Source of the DNA: Macrostomum hystrix
Taxonomy: Eukaryota > Animalia > Platyhelminthes
Assembly (NCBI GenBank): GCA_950097015.1
Contig: CATNEN010000001.1
Coordinates: forward strand, 14,570,001-14,634,000
Direction: 5' to 3'
Length of the DNA: 64,000 nucleotides
This document shows, in pieces, positions 26,770 through 37,716 of the stretch (position 1 is the stretch's first letter; each line of letters begins with the position of its first letter). Below the pieces are notes generated by a model. That model did not search any database. It was given only the letters and a program-made list of their open reading frames with translations, and was not told the DNA's origin. The position numbers and the translations under genes were made by a program.

Positions 26770-27026
26770 TTTAAACAGAATCCAAACACTCAGCAATAGT
26801 CAAAACCGCTATCATTCCGAGAAAGCGACCTCTTTCAGTCGCTTTTTCAACCTCTTTAAGTTCATTTTCTCCATATGCTCGACGTGGCGATTACGACTTT
26901 TGCTGAGGCCTCCAAATTTGATTTCCGGAACTGTTGCAGACTTGCAAATAGGACGTAGACCCAACTTTCTTCAATCTGACCATCGGTAACAGTATCGGAA
27001 CTTCTGAACTGCTTAGTGTTTCTCAT
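26770..27026 (-). pseudogene. Possible highly diverged, frameshifted H2B-like histone-fold remnant
   Basis: ATG at 27026 reads ...EESWVYVLFASLQQF..SAK; a second frame reads ...ATERGRF..VLTIAECLDSV. Both keep register with H2B ESYSIYIYKVLKQV..SSK / ASRLAHY..TITSREIQTAV, but identity is very low. A CCAAT lies upstream and a histone-type stem-loop ~250 nt downstream. Confidence 0.25.
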
Positions 27027-27804
27027 AGCTAAATAGGAATTGTGAAACGCTACTCTCTACTTCAAATAGCCAGAGCTGAAAACTCCTATTGGACTGATTT
27101 CGAAACCAAAGACAAATCGCTGTTCTAGCCAATCAGTGAATTCCTGCGTTCAAGTTCCACTTGACGCAAGTATCGATCCGCTACTTTATATATGAAACTG
27201 CTTTACATAAATAGTCTATCCGTCGCTCTCTCTGGGAAAACTGTTCATTTACAGATAGTGTCAAGCTTAGGTGGGTCTCGATTATCGATTAGAGTAGAGT
27301 AGAGTATCTGAATAAGCAGTTTCTTGTAGGGGGTTACGCAAACAAAAGGGTAAGTTTTTGTTTTAAATCCTTCTTTTTTATTCATATAATTTGAAGTATC
27401 ATATAGCACGGCTTTATGATATTTAATCCTTTTGTTTGAGGCTCTGTTATACAATTCATAGTTATTATTAACGATACATATCATTTCATAACTTTATAAC
27501 TGTTCATAACTTTATGTATGAGGGTCATTCCTCATTTTATTTTGCACAGAAAGAAATGTCTAACAATACTTCTTACTATTTAATTTTACAATGTAACGTC
27601 ACTAACGCTATTGCATTACCTAGTTAGCTTACTCTTCTGTTTTTTAGCATTATTATCTTTAGTTAAAACAGCAAGGCACATTCTAGCCTCATGATAATGT
27701 AACAGGGCTTATCACTATCTTTCTCTTGATTGGTAGTGTATCGCTCTAGCTGATCTTGCTCTATTTTCTCTATTAGCTCTGCCTGTATTTCCGTATGATT
27801 TAAA

Positions 27805-27830
27805 CTGGTGGCCCTGAAAAGGGCCGTTTT
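27805..27830 (-). terminator. Canonical histone mRNA 3' stem-loop (AAAAC GGCCCT TTTC AGGGCC ACCAG)
   Basis: Perfect 6-bp stem and 4-nt loop consensus with an A-rich 5' flank and ACCA 3' flank; purine-rich CAGAGCT lies ~25 nt downstream. Confidence 0.8.
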
Positions 27831-27884
27831 ATATTTTAGCACCGCTTTTTAACATCTCCGCAGGATTAACACCTTAAGGGTACA

Positions 27885-29572
27885 CCAGTGACGAACAGCA
27901 AAAAATCTGACGCTGCGAAAATTCCACAAAAAACTGAAAAAGTGGCGCAATGTATCCTATGAGAACGAAATAAGATTTGGTGTGACACAGCACAAAATCG
28001 TAACCCTAACCCTAATCATCCTGGCCCGTGTTTCAAGGCTGTCTTTACCAATAAAAGGCAGCAAAAAGCGCATAGTGCTGAGCTACAACATAGGAATTTC
28101 GACATAAAATAATAACAATAAGTTCCTTCAATGCATAATTGCGATCAAGAATAAATAATATACTCAGACCTACATTCATGTACATACATCTATATGTTCT
28201 AGGGTTATTTTATAATATTTAATATTCCAGTGAATGTCACCAAAGTTGTTCTAGTACTAATCATTATTCTCACTTCTACTCTCACAATGTTCTTGTATTC
28301 TATATTGTTAATGTTCTATATTTTCTTAGAATTAATTTTTGAGAATGTACTTTATATATTTGAAAGAATTTCTTGGTAGCATATTTAGTTATCCTTGAAT
28401 ATTGTCTTTAGTTAGTCTAGGTAGCATATTTAGTTATCCTTGAATATCGTCTTTAGTTAGTCTAGGTAGCGTATTTAGTTATTCTGGCCGATTACTTTAT
28501 CGCATGTATGTATTTCTGAGTATAGGCTTTCCGAAGAGCGTTACCAATGATCTCAAGTATACAGCAATACTTCCTACTTCTCTCTCTTGAGTCTTTCTTA
28601 GTATTTGTCTCCTTATGTTTTATAAAGAATGAAAGAACACGATTCTGTGTATTGTATACGAACTTTGATTCAAAAGGAAGAGACCCCCTATCCTAAAAAT
28701 CATAACACAAATTGTTATTATGCAACTGGGTTATACCACTGGAATTGACAGCTCACAGCTGCCCACAGGTGATTCGATCTCCCACAGAATCACGCAAAGG
28801 TTATGGGGAGGGTGATAACCAGTCAGCACCCGCAGATGACATCTACCTCATCCTCTGGGGTTCGTTAATGACGAAAAGTAAAAAATCTGACGCGACGGAA
28901 ATTAAAAATAATGACGCAAGAAATGACGCAGTGTGTCCTACGAGAATGAAACAAATTTTAGTTTCTTATATCACTTTTGTCACAACTGCGTTGAGCGGAG
29001 TACATTCGTCTCTCATCACGCTCAAGAGCCTAGATGAGTCTGGTCATACGATTTGGTCATTAGCGCTAATGTGCATTTGTGGAGTATAGACAAGATGTTC
29101 CATAGTTTTTTCTGGCTACGCCACTAAAGTAATAAAAGTAAAAAACGCACAGGAAATTAAGAAGAAAATAAAAAAATTACAACTTGATTGATTTTAAAGA
29201 AAAAAATGAACAAAAAAATGAAAAAAATTAGTGGACTTATCCCGCCTTGAACTTGTTGTCCTCCTGTCCTGTCGGGTTCTGTCCGCCGCCTGTCCTGTCC
29301 GCTCGTCCACTGTCCTTAGTTGTTACTTCTGTAATGTTGGTTTACTAAAAGATTACATTCTGTAACATAATGTATGATTACATTATAATTGCTATAAGCT
29401 AAAGCTGATGTCTTGCTAATTGGGAGTCTGCTTTTGGGGTTTGTTTCTGACGCAAATTTTGAGATCTGACGCAATGGAATTTCCATGAAGTAGTGAAAAA
29501 ATGACGCACTGTATTCCTATGAGAACGAAACAAAATTACAAATTACGCAAACCGTAACCCTAACCCTAACCA
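27885..29572 (+). repeat. Three diverged ~100-125-bp modules (27885-28015, 28868-28960, 29445-29572) rich in TGACGC and CCTA[T/C]GAGAA; two end in TAACCCTAACCC
   Basis: Direct comparison of the three copies; resembles subterminal repeats of a DNA transposon. Confidence 0.7.
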
Positions 29573-29979
29573 CTTTTCCTTTTTGTCTGTATGTCTTGCC
29601 ATCAAAAACCTATATTATAGCCTTGTAAATGGCTCTTATGGACTCAGGATACAGCAATAGCAATTTTATATTGAATTCTATATGTAAAAGCAATTAAATA
29701 GCAAGATCGAAAAGCAAAAGCAAAAATGTAAGAATCCTTTTTTTAATACAAGCAGCATGAATGAATGTATTAAGCAATAGTAAATGCCTAAGTCAGTACT
29801 AATTAGCTAAAAGTGATGACATTATGTGCTCGAATATATCAAGCAAATAATACACTATTCGGCAAAATCCTTTGTCTACAAAGCTTCTGAACTGGAAATA
29901 TGACGCGTCAGAAATCAGAGGTTATTAACGATTTCGTCAGATATCACCTTGTCAAAGTTTTTTTCGAAATCAAGGCAAA

Positions 29980-30550
29980 GCAGCTTGCGTCATTTTTCAA
30001 AATGAATTAAACATGACGCGTCAGATTTCATCCAATCGAATTTTTCTTCAGAATTAAATTGGTAACATACTATTATAAATGTATATACAATAGTACTACT
30101 GCAAGTAACTTGCCATTAGGGTCCAGCAGTGCTTGCGTCATTTTTCAAAATGAATTAAACATGACGCGTCAGATTTCATCCAATCGAATTTTTCTTCAGA
30201 ATTAAATTGGTAACATACTATTATAAATGTATATACAATAGTACTACTGCAAGTAACTTGCCATTAGGGTCCAGCAGTGCTTGCGTCATTTTTCAAAATG
30301 AATTAAACATGACGCGTCAGATTTCATCCAATCGAATTTTTCTTCAGAATTAAATTGGTAACATACTATTATAAATGTATATACAATAGTACTACTGCAA
30401 GTAACTTGCCATTAGGGTCCAGCAGTGCTTGCGTCATTTTTCAAAATGAATTAAACATGATGCGTCAGATTTCATCCAATCGAATTTTTCTTCAGAATTC
30501 AATTCGTAACATACTATTATAAATTCATATACAATAATACTACTGCTAGT
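29980..30550. repeat. 148-bp tandem repeat, ~3.8 copies
   Basis: GCTTGCGTCATTTTTCAAAATG recurs at ~29983, 30131, 30279 and 30428. Confidence 0.93.
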
Positions 30551-31029
30551 AATTTGCCAGCTAGGATCTGTAATAATTGCAAAAATCTGTAATGAGTGTA
30601 TTACATGTCTGCTAAATACAGGAAACGTAACATGTCGAATGTCCTGGAATCCAAATTCTGCTTTCATCACTAGTCTTTCAGAATACGAGTAGCTTACAAC
30701 CTTTCCACAACTTCGTAGAGTACTACATGTTAGATGTATACATCTACATGTATATGTATCCTTAAGCAATCAGTGTCCTAGACATGCCCACAGTTCATAA
30801 GAGAGCAGTCAGAATCTATTACAATAATATTATTGTCGAATTTTATGAAATTAAACATTTGATTTACTAATAAACATTCTGAATTATAACAAAGCATCAT
30901 TCCAGTGCACTTTTGTCAGAATGCTTATACAAAACATTATTACTGACAGACACATTCAATACTATTTGGACAACGAAATTGAAGCTGCGGACATGCATAG
31001 AGCAGAAATTCGTATATTTTGAGCATAAT

Positions 31030-31855
31030 AGTGAGTTCAATGAGAGGCTTAGCCAATGCAGAAAAAGGTTTGCAAATTACAAAATGTTTTTATTGCTTAA
31101 AGGTTCCATTACATCAAATCTATAGGCATTGAATTGAATGGCATCAAACTAATTGTGTCTTTCGTTTGAAAGAAATCATGACTCGTCAGATTTCAGACAG
31201 CTGGAAAATGACGCGTCAGATTTGAAGGATCTGATACGCACTATTTTAGGGCAGCTTTTCACTGCACGCTACTGCAAAGTAATATGGCTAATATGTTTGC
31301 AGACGCCACGTAATACCTGTAGATTCGAAAAGGGCAAAAAAATAATAGCACCAAATACACTGAGCACAGTAATGAGTTCAATGAGAGACTTAGCCAATGC
31401 AGAAAAAGGTTTGCAAATTACAAAATGTTTTTATTGCTTAAAGGTTCCATTACATCAAATCTATAGGCATTGAATTGAATGGCATCAAACTAATTGTGTC
31501 TTTCGTTTGAAAGAAATCATGACTCGTCAGATTTCAGACAGCTGGAAAATGACGCGTCAGATTTGAAGGATCTGATACGCACTATTTTAGGGCAGCTTTT
31601 CACTGCACGCTACTGCAAAGTAATATGGCTAATATGTTTGCAGACGCCACGTAATACCTGTAGATTCGAAAAGGACAAAAAATAATAGCACCAAATACAC
31701 TGAGCACAGTAATGAGTTCAATGAGAGACTTAGCCAATGCAGAAAAAGGTTTGAAAATTACAAAATGTTTTTATTGCTTAAAGGTTCCATTACATCAAAT
31801 CTATAGGCATTGAATTGAATGGCATCAAACTAATTGTGTCTTTCGTTTGAAAGAA
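31030..31855. repeat. ~341-bp tandem repeat, ~2.4 copies
   Basis: Identical ORF starts at 31153, 31494 and 31834. Confidence 0.93.
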
Positions 31856-32063
31856 CTCATCTCATCTTTTCTCGCCTCAGTTTCGTCCCGTGTGGTGACC
31901 GCCGGTTCCTAGTCTCACATTCGTTCTTCAGGATTGCCGCACGATTCATTCGCTCGTTTTCATTACATTACGTTGGCAGTGCCGGCAGGAGTTTCATATT
32001 CTCCATTTCGTTATTTGTTTGTGGACGCTCGAAAAATTTATTGCATGATTCCAATTGTCCAGC

Positions 32064-32316
32064 ATGGCTGACTTCAGTCACTCAATCGAGTCACCTGAGC
32101 GGCTGGACTTTAACGAGGAGGACGATTTCGACGACTTGCTCGGCGATTCGGCAGCGGCTGGCAGCGCCGCGGCCGCGCCCGCCCCAATTGTGACTAGATG
32201 CACCATCACCGAAGAGGAAGAGGCTGAACTATTGGGCACCGATTTTGACGGCACTCAAATGGCAATCAGCCAGGAAGATGAAGAAGCTGACTGTTGCATT
32301 GCCGACGCCGATGATA
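32064..32316 (+). pseudogene. Acidic N-terminal coding fragment (MADFSHSIESPERLDFNEEDDFDDLLG...), truncated at a junction
   Basis: ATG, coding-like GC content and an acidic composition that stops where the opposite-strand zinc-finger frame becomes plausible. Confidence 0.45.
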
Positions 32317-32885
32317 CTAGTTCGGTTTGCCTCTTTGATAAGATCCAAAATACTTTCTGCTTGAATGTGATTCAGAACTGCATTTAAGGCCCTTCTTAGT
32401 CCCAAAGCGGTGCTTCCTGCGTTCTTTGCTCCGGCGTAGCCTTGCAAATGTTCTTCGAAGTGCTTGATTGTTGGAAACCCAGGTGGAGCAGCTACCGGTG
32501 CTTTGTTCTGAGATGCTTGAATTTTCTTTTGCTGCCAAGACTGCTCTACGTGGTCTGCTGCCTTCTGCTTTTTTTCGTCCAACATCAACTTCTGTGACTC
32601 CTCCTTTGACAATTTATGCCAATTAGCAAGATGGCTAGCAAGGTATACAAACGGAATGTTGCATATTGGACAAGGACGACCAGCTGTGCCAGTTGAGACA
32701 ATTGGCTGATTGTACTCTTTTGTCTCGTCAATGCAAAACTTTGCGCCCTTTTCGGCCAATTTTTCAGGATGACGACGCTGAAAATGCTCAGAAAATCGTG
32801 AGTTTTTAATGACGAATATTTCGCAATAAGGGCAAACGTAATCACTGCCCTGTCTGTCTTGACAGTTTGTCTTGTCGGCTCTCAT
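32317..32885 (-). pseudogene. Two-C2H2-zinc-finger coding fragment, possibly from a transposon protein
   Basis: CPYC-x12-HFQRRH and CPIC-x9-HLANWH followed by a helical segment (FEEHLQGYAGAKNA); truncated at both ends. Confidence 0.6.
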
Positions 32886-34938
32886 TCCTATGAGAGCCGA
32901 TTCCTATGAGAGCCGATTCCTATGAGAGCCGATTCCTATGAGAGCCGATTCCTATGAGAGCCGATTCCTATCGGTTCCTATGAGACCCGATTCCTATGAG
33001 ACGATTCCTATGAGGGCCGATTCCTATGAGAGCCGGTTCCTATCGGTTCCTTTGAGAGCCGATTCCTATGAGAGCCGATTCCTATCGGTTCCTATGAGAG
33101 CCGATTCCTATGAGACCCGATTCCTATGAGAGCCGGTTCCTATCGGTTCCTATGAGAGCCGGTTCCTATCGGTTCCTTTGAGAGCCGATTCCTATGAGAG
33201 CCGATTCCTATCGGTTCCTATGAGAGCCGATTCCTATGAGACCCGATTCCTATGAGAGCCGGTTCCTATCGGTTCCTATGAGAGCCGGTTCCTATCGGTT
33301 CCTATGAGACCCGATTCCTATGAGAGCCGATTCCTATGAGAGCCGATTCCTATGAGAGCCGATTCCTAAGAGAGCCGATTCCTATGAGAGCTGATTCCTA
33401 TGAGAGCCGATTCCTATGAGAGCCGATTCCTATGAGGGCCGATTCCTATGAGAGCCGATTCCTATGAGGGCCGATTCCTATGAGAGCCGATTCCTATGAG
33501 AGCCGATTCCTATGAGACCCGATTCCTATGAGAGCCGGTTCCTATCGGTTCCTATGAGAGCCGGTTCCTATCGGTTCCTATGAGAGCGGATTCCTATGAG
33601 AGCCGATTCCTATGTGAGCCGATTCCTATGAGACCCGATTCCTATGAGAGCCGATTCCTCTGAGAGCCGATTCCTATGAGAGCCGATTCCTATGAGACCC
33701 GATTCCTATGAGAGCCGATTCCTATGAGAGCCGATTCCTATGAGAGCCGATTCCTATGAGAGCCGATTCCTATGAGAGCCGATTCCTATGAGAGCCGATT
33801 CCTATGAGAGCCGATTCCTATCGGTTCCTATGAGAGCCGATTCCTATGAGACCCGATTCCTATGAGAGCCGGTTCCTATCGGTTCCTATGAGAGCCGGTT
33901 CCTATCGGTTCCTATGAGACCCGATTCCTATGAGAGCCGATTCCTATGAGAGCCGATTCCTATGAGAGCCGATTCCTAAGAGAGCCGATTCCTATGAGAG
34001 CCGATTCCTATGAGAGCCGATTCCTATGAGAGCCGATTCCTATGAGGGCCGATTCCTATGAGAGCCGATTCCTATGAGGGCCGATTCCTATGAGAGCCGA
34101 TTCCTATGAGAGCCGATTCCTATGAGAGCCGATTCCTATGAGAGCCGATTCCTATGAGAGCCGATTCCTATGAGAGCCGATTCCTATGAGGGCCGATTCC
34201 TATGAGAGCCGATTCCTATGAGAGCCGATTCCTATGAGAGCCGATTCGTATGAGAGCCGATTCCTATGAGGGCCGATTCCTATGAGAGCCGATTCCTATG
34301 AGAGCCGATTCCTATGAGAGCCGATTCCTATGAGAGCCGATTCCTATGAGAGCCGATTCCTATGAGAGCCGATTCCTATGAGAGCCGATTCCTATGAGAG
34401 CCGATTCCTATGAGAGCCGATTCCTATGAGAGCCGATTCCCATCGGTTCCTATGAGAGCCGATTCCTATGAGACCCGATTTCTATGAGAGCCGATTCCTA
34501 TGAGACCCGATTCCTATGAGAGCCGGTTCCTATCGGTTCCTATGAGAGCCGGTTCCTATCGGTTCCTATGAGAGCGGATTCCTATGAGAGCCGATTCCTA
34601 TGTGAGCCGATTCCTATGAGACCCGATTCCTATGAGAGCCGATTCCTCTGAGAGCCGATTCCTATGAGAGCCGATTCCTATGAGACCCGATTCCTATGAG
34701 AGCCGATTCCTATGAGAGCCGATTCCTATGAGAGCCGATTCCTATGAGAGCCGATTCCTATGAGAGCCGATTCCTATGAGAGCCGATTCCTATGAGAGCC
34801 GATTCCTATGAGAGCCGAATCCTATGAGAGCCGATTCCTGTAAGAGCCGATTCCTATGAGAGCCGACTCCTTTCAGAGCCGATTCCTATGAGAGCCGATT
34901 CCTATGAGGGCCGATTCCTATGAGAGCCGATTCCTATG
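32885..34938. repeat. 16-bp satellite (TTCCTATGAGAGCCGA), ~2 kb, with higher-order variant blocks
   Basis: Direct tandem copies; a variant block at ~33490-33790 recurs at ~34480-34790. Confidence 0.97.
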
Positions 34939-34939
34939 A

Positions 34940-37563
34940 TCTTTAAATCTTTAAATCTCCAAAATCTTTAAACCCGAACAGATTGAAATGACCGCAAAAC
35001 GAGTGACCACCTTTGATGGCACATCCGTCCAACTAGAAGGAGAAGTGGTAGCCCCAGTAAAATTCGGAGACCTAGAGATAGAGACAGAGTTCCTATTGTG
35101 TGGTCATGACTGTGACAATATCTTAGGCATGGAATTCTTTGTCGAGCATTGTGAAAGCATCCATTTATCTAAAGGCATGCTCATTCTGAAGAAAGGCCCA
35201 TGTATCCCAATGCAGTATACTCGACTCCCCATTAGAATCTGCAGAGTTTACACCCAGCGGCCTGTCACAATCCCCGCTAATTCCGCTCTGAGAATCCCCG
35301 TAAGATTGGCAAGGAACTCTGAAGCCAACTACGGCACCCCGATGATCATCGAAGCTATCGGAGCTGGAGTAAAAGCTAAAGAATTAACCATTGAAATGAA
35401 CCCTACCCTCGTCACAATGAGAGATGGCGAAGCTATTATCGAGATGGTTAATCGGCATTCTGTAGACATCAGGTTACCCAGATCATCACTCATTGGATTG
35501 GCTAAACCCATGCGATCCAAGGAGCTGAGCTATTTCAAAGAAATCGAAGACAACCCCGTTGAAACATCCAACATCCAAGTTGGACATGTCAATCAGACCC
35601 AGACTGTAGAAGACGCCTGGATAAACGAAGTCAGCCTCGGAACAGACTTAACTAAGGAACAGCAAGCCGCAGTTATTCAACTAATGAAAGATCACCGTGA
35701 AGCATTTTCCCAGAATGACCAGGATATGGGATTAACCCACCTAGTGACCCACGAAATTTCCATCAAAGACCCTACCCCAGTCCAGATTCCAACCCGCCGA
35801 ATTGCCCCTCACCTCCAGAAACAAGTTGATGCCCAACTCGATGACATGTTGGCAAAGAATTTAATTCGCCCCTGTTACTCAACCTACAACACTCCCTTAG
35901 TAATCATCCCGAAGAAAAATGGGGAAATTCGAGTTGTTAGTGACTTTCGAATCCTAAACTCTAGAGTCAATTACTTTCCCTACCCACTCCCAAACATACA
36001 AGAGACCTTTTCCCATCTGTCAGGAAATCAGTTTTTTAGTTCCCTTGATTTAAATTCAGGCTTCTGGCAGTTGCCGATCAGAGAAGAAGATAAATTCCGC
36101 ACTGCATTTTCCACCCTTACTAGAGGCCAGTTTTGCTATCAAGTCATGCCTCAAGGCCTTTCCAACGCCCCAGGAACCTTTCAGAGGCTTATGAATCTGG
36201 TCCTCTTAGGCATTCAGCATCAATTTGCCATGTCATATATTGATGACGTAATAGTGTACTCCAAGCTATTTGAAGAACATCTGTCCCACCTGAAAGAGGT
36301 CCTACAAAGGTTAATTACAGCAGGATTAAAATTGAGACCCAAAAAATGCAACCTCTTCCAACATGAATTAAAATATCTTGGCCACAAGATTGGAAGAAAT
36401 GGCATCAGCACTGACGACGACAAAACTGAAGCTATTCGTACCTGGCCCACCCCCAAAGACGTAAAAGAATTACGCAGTTTTCTTGGCCTGTGCAATTATT
36501 ACGGTCGATTTATAAAAAATTACGCAGAAATTGCCCATCCTCTATTCCAGCTCACCCGAAAGGGAATCCAACATTTCCAATCTAAATGGACAGCTGTACA
36601 TGACGAAGCCTTCGAATCCTTGAAAACCCGCATGATGTCGACCGAAGTCCTCGCCTACCCCCAATTCGTTGATGACGAGAAAGTGAAAATGGTCCTTGAT
36701 GTAGACGCAAGCGATGGACGTATTGGGGCTTGTCTTGGCCAGATCCAAAGCGATGGCGTCGAAAGGCCACTTGCTTATTTCTCCCGCATGATGAAGGATT
36801 CCGAGAAGAAATATCCCATAACCCGAAAGGAACTATTAGCCTTAGTAGATGCGATGCGACATTTTAGATTTTACCTGATCGGTAAATGATTTTTAGCCCG
36901 AACCGACCATAAAGCAATACTCTGGCTTTTAAGACAAACTGAAGCTACTGGATTACTAGGCCGATGGTCAGAAAGACTGGCAGAATTCCAATTTGACATC
37001 GAACACCGCAGTGGCGCCAAGCACGTCAATGCCGATAGCCTTTCCAGACGACCCGCGGAGTTAGACCCAGCAGACCTCGAACCCTCTGCAGTCAATCCCA
37101 AAGCCAGTGAAAATGCTGAATCTCAGACCCACGAACAGACTTTCGAACCCCCTGCTGCGCAGACTCAGAATCAATCGACAAAGACCCAGATGATGCTCTT
37201 AGAAAAAATTACCAATGTACAGCAAGCCAAACTGACCCCATCTTCCTGTACTTCAACGCAAACTCCCCAGTACTTATCCCCTGCTATTAAGGTAAGCCGT
37301 GCCACCCAGACTAAATTTGTACAAGAAAGTCAACCCTCACCCAAAGAAAAGAAGAGAGAAGTGAAAGTTAAGGGAAGCCACACCCCCAAGACCGGAGTGA
37401 AAGTTAAGGGAAGCCAACCCCGCCGGAAGAAAGAATTGATCAAAAAAGTCCTCGCTGCAATTGAGTCAGACGAATCATCTTCAGATGAATCCCTCATTTG
37501 GCAACGAAAACCAAGGACAAGACACGATCCCCCCACATCTGAACCAGAATCGGCATCCGATCT
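34940..37563 (+). mobile_element. pol: Ty3/Gypsy LTR-retrotransposon pol fragment (protease C-half, RT, RNase H); no gag, integrase or LTR
   Basis: ILGMEF (protease), IRVVSDFRILN, LDLNSGFWQL, MPQGLSNAPGTFQRLM, YIDD, YLGH, FLGLCNYYGRFI, DVDAS, KELLALV. After an in-frame TGA (36887-36889) the frame continues FLARTDHKA...RWSERLAEFQFDIEHRSGAKHVNADSLSR. Confidence 0.95.
34988..36889 (+). CDS. pol: Gypsy pol ORF (RT-RNase H) ending at a premature stop
   Basis: 633-aa ORF with the RT YIDD motif; homology continues past the stop. Confidence 0.85.
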   Translation: MTAKRVTTFDGTSVQLEGEVVAPVKFGDLEIETEFLLCGHDCDNILGMEFFVEHCESIHLSKGMLILKKGPCIPMQYTRLPIRICRVYTQRPVTIPANSALRIPVRLARNSEANYGTPMIIEAIGAGVKAKELTIEMNPTLVTMRDGEAIIEMVNRHSVDIRLPRSSLIGLAKPMRSKELSYFKEIEDNPVETSNIQVGHVNQTQTVEDAWINEVSLGTDLTKEQQAAVIQLMKDHREAFSQNDQDMGLTHLVTHEISIKDPTPVQIPTRRIAPHLQKQVDAQLDDMLAKNLIRPCYSTYNTPLVIIPKKNGEIRVVSDFRILNSRVNYFPYPLPNIQETFSHLSGNQFFSSLDLNSGFWQLPIREEDKFRTAFSTLTRGQFCYQVMPQGLSNAPGTFQRLMNLVLLGIQHQFAMSYIDDVIVYSKLFEEHLSHLKEVLQRLITAGLKLRPKKCNLFQHELKYLGHKIGRNGISTDDDKTEAIRTWPTPKDVKELRSFLGLCNYYGRFIKNYAEIAHPLFQLTRKGIQHFQSKWTAVHDEAFESLKTRMMSTEVLAYPQFVDDEKVKMVLDVDASDGRIGACLGQIQSDGVERPLAYFSRMMKDSEKKYPITRKELLALVDAMRHFRFYLIGK

Positions 37564-37716
37564 ATCCCGCAAATGTGCAGGTTTGACTTGCATATTTACC
37601 CAGATGGCAAACTTGCCAACTGGGCAAACAAAATGTCCACCGACAGGTGCCGGCTCAATTATTTGAGCTCCCATGCCTTCAGGGCCCCACTGCAAAAGCT
37701 CCTCCACCTTCATCTT
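37564..37716 (-). pseudogene. Truncated second copy of exon 1 (MKVEEL.QWGPEGMGA...) of the gene at 39576-41947
   Basis: Near-identical to 41798-41950 and fused directly to the broken Gypsy end. Confidence 0.85.

Noticed and set aside
36887-36889. Programmed readthrough at the Gypsy TGA
   Set aside because: The stop falls inside RNase H of a truncated copy; a nonsense mutation is the simpler explanation.
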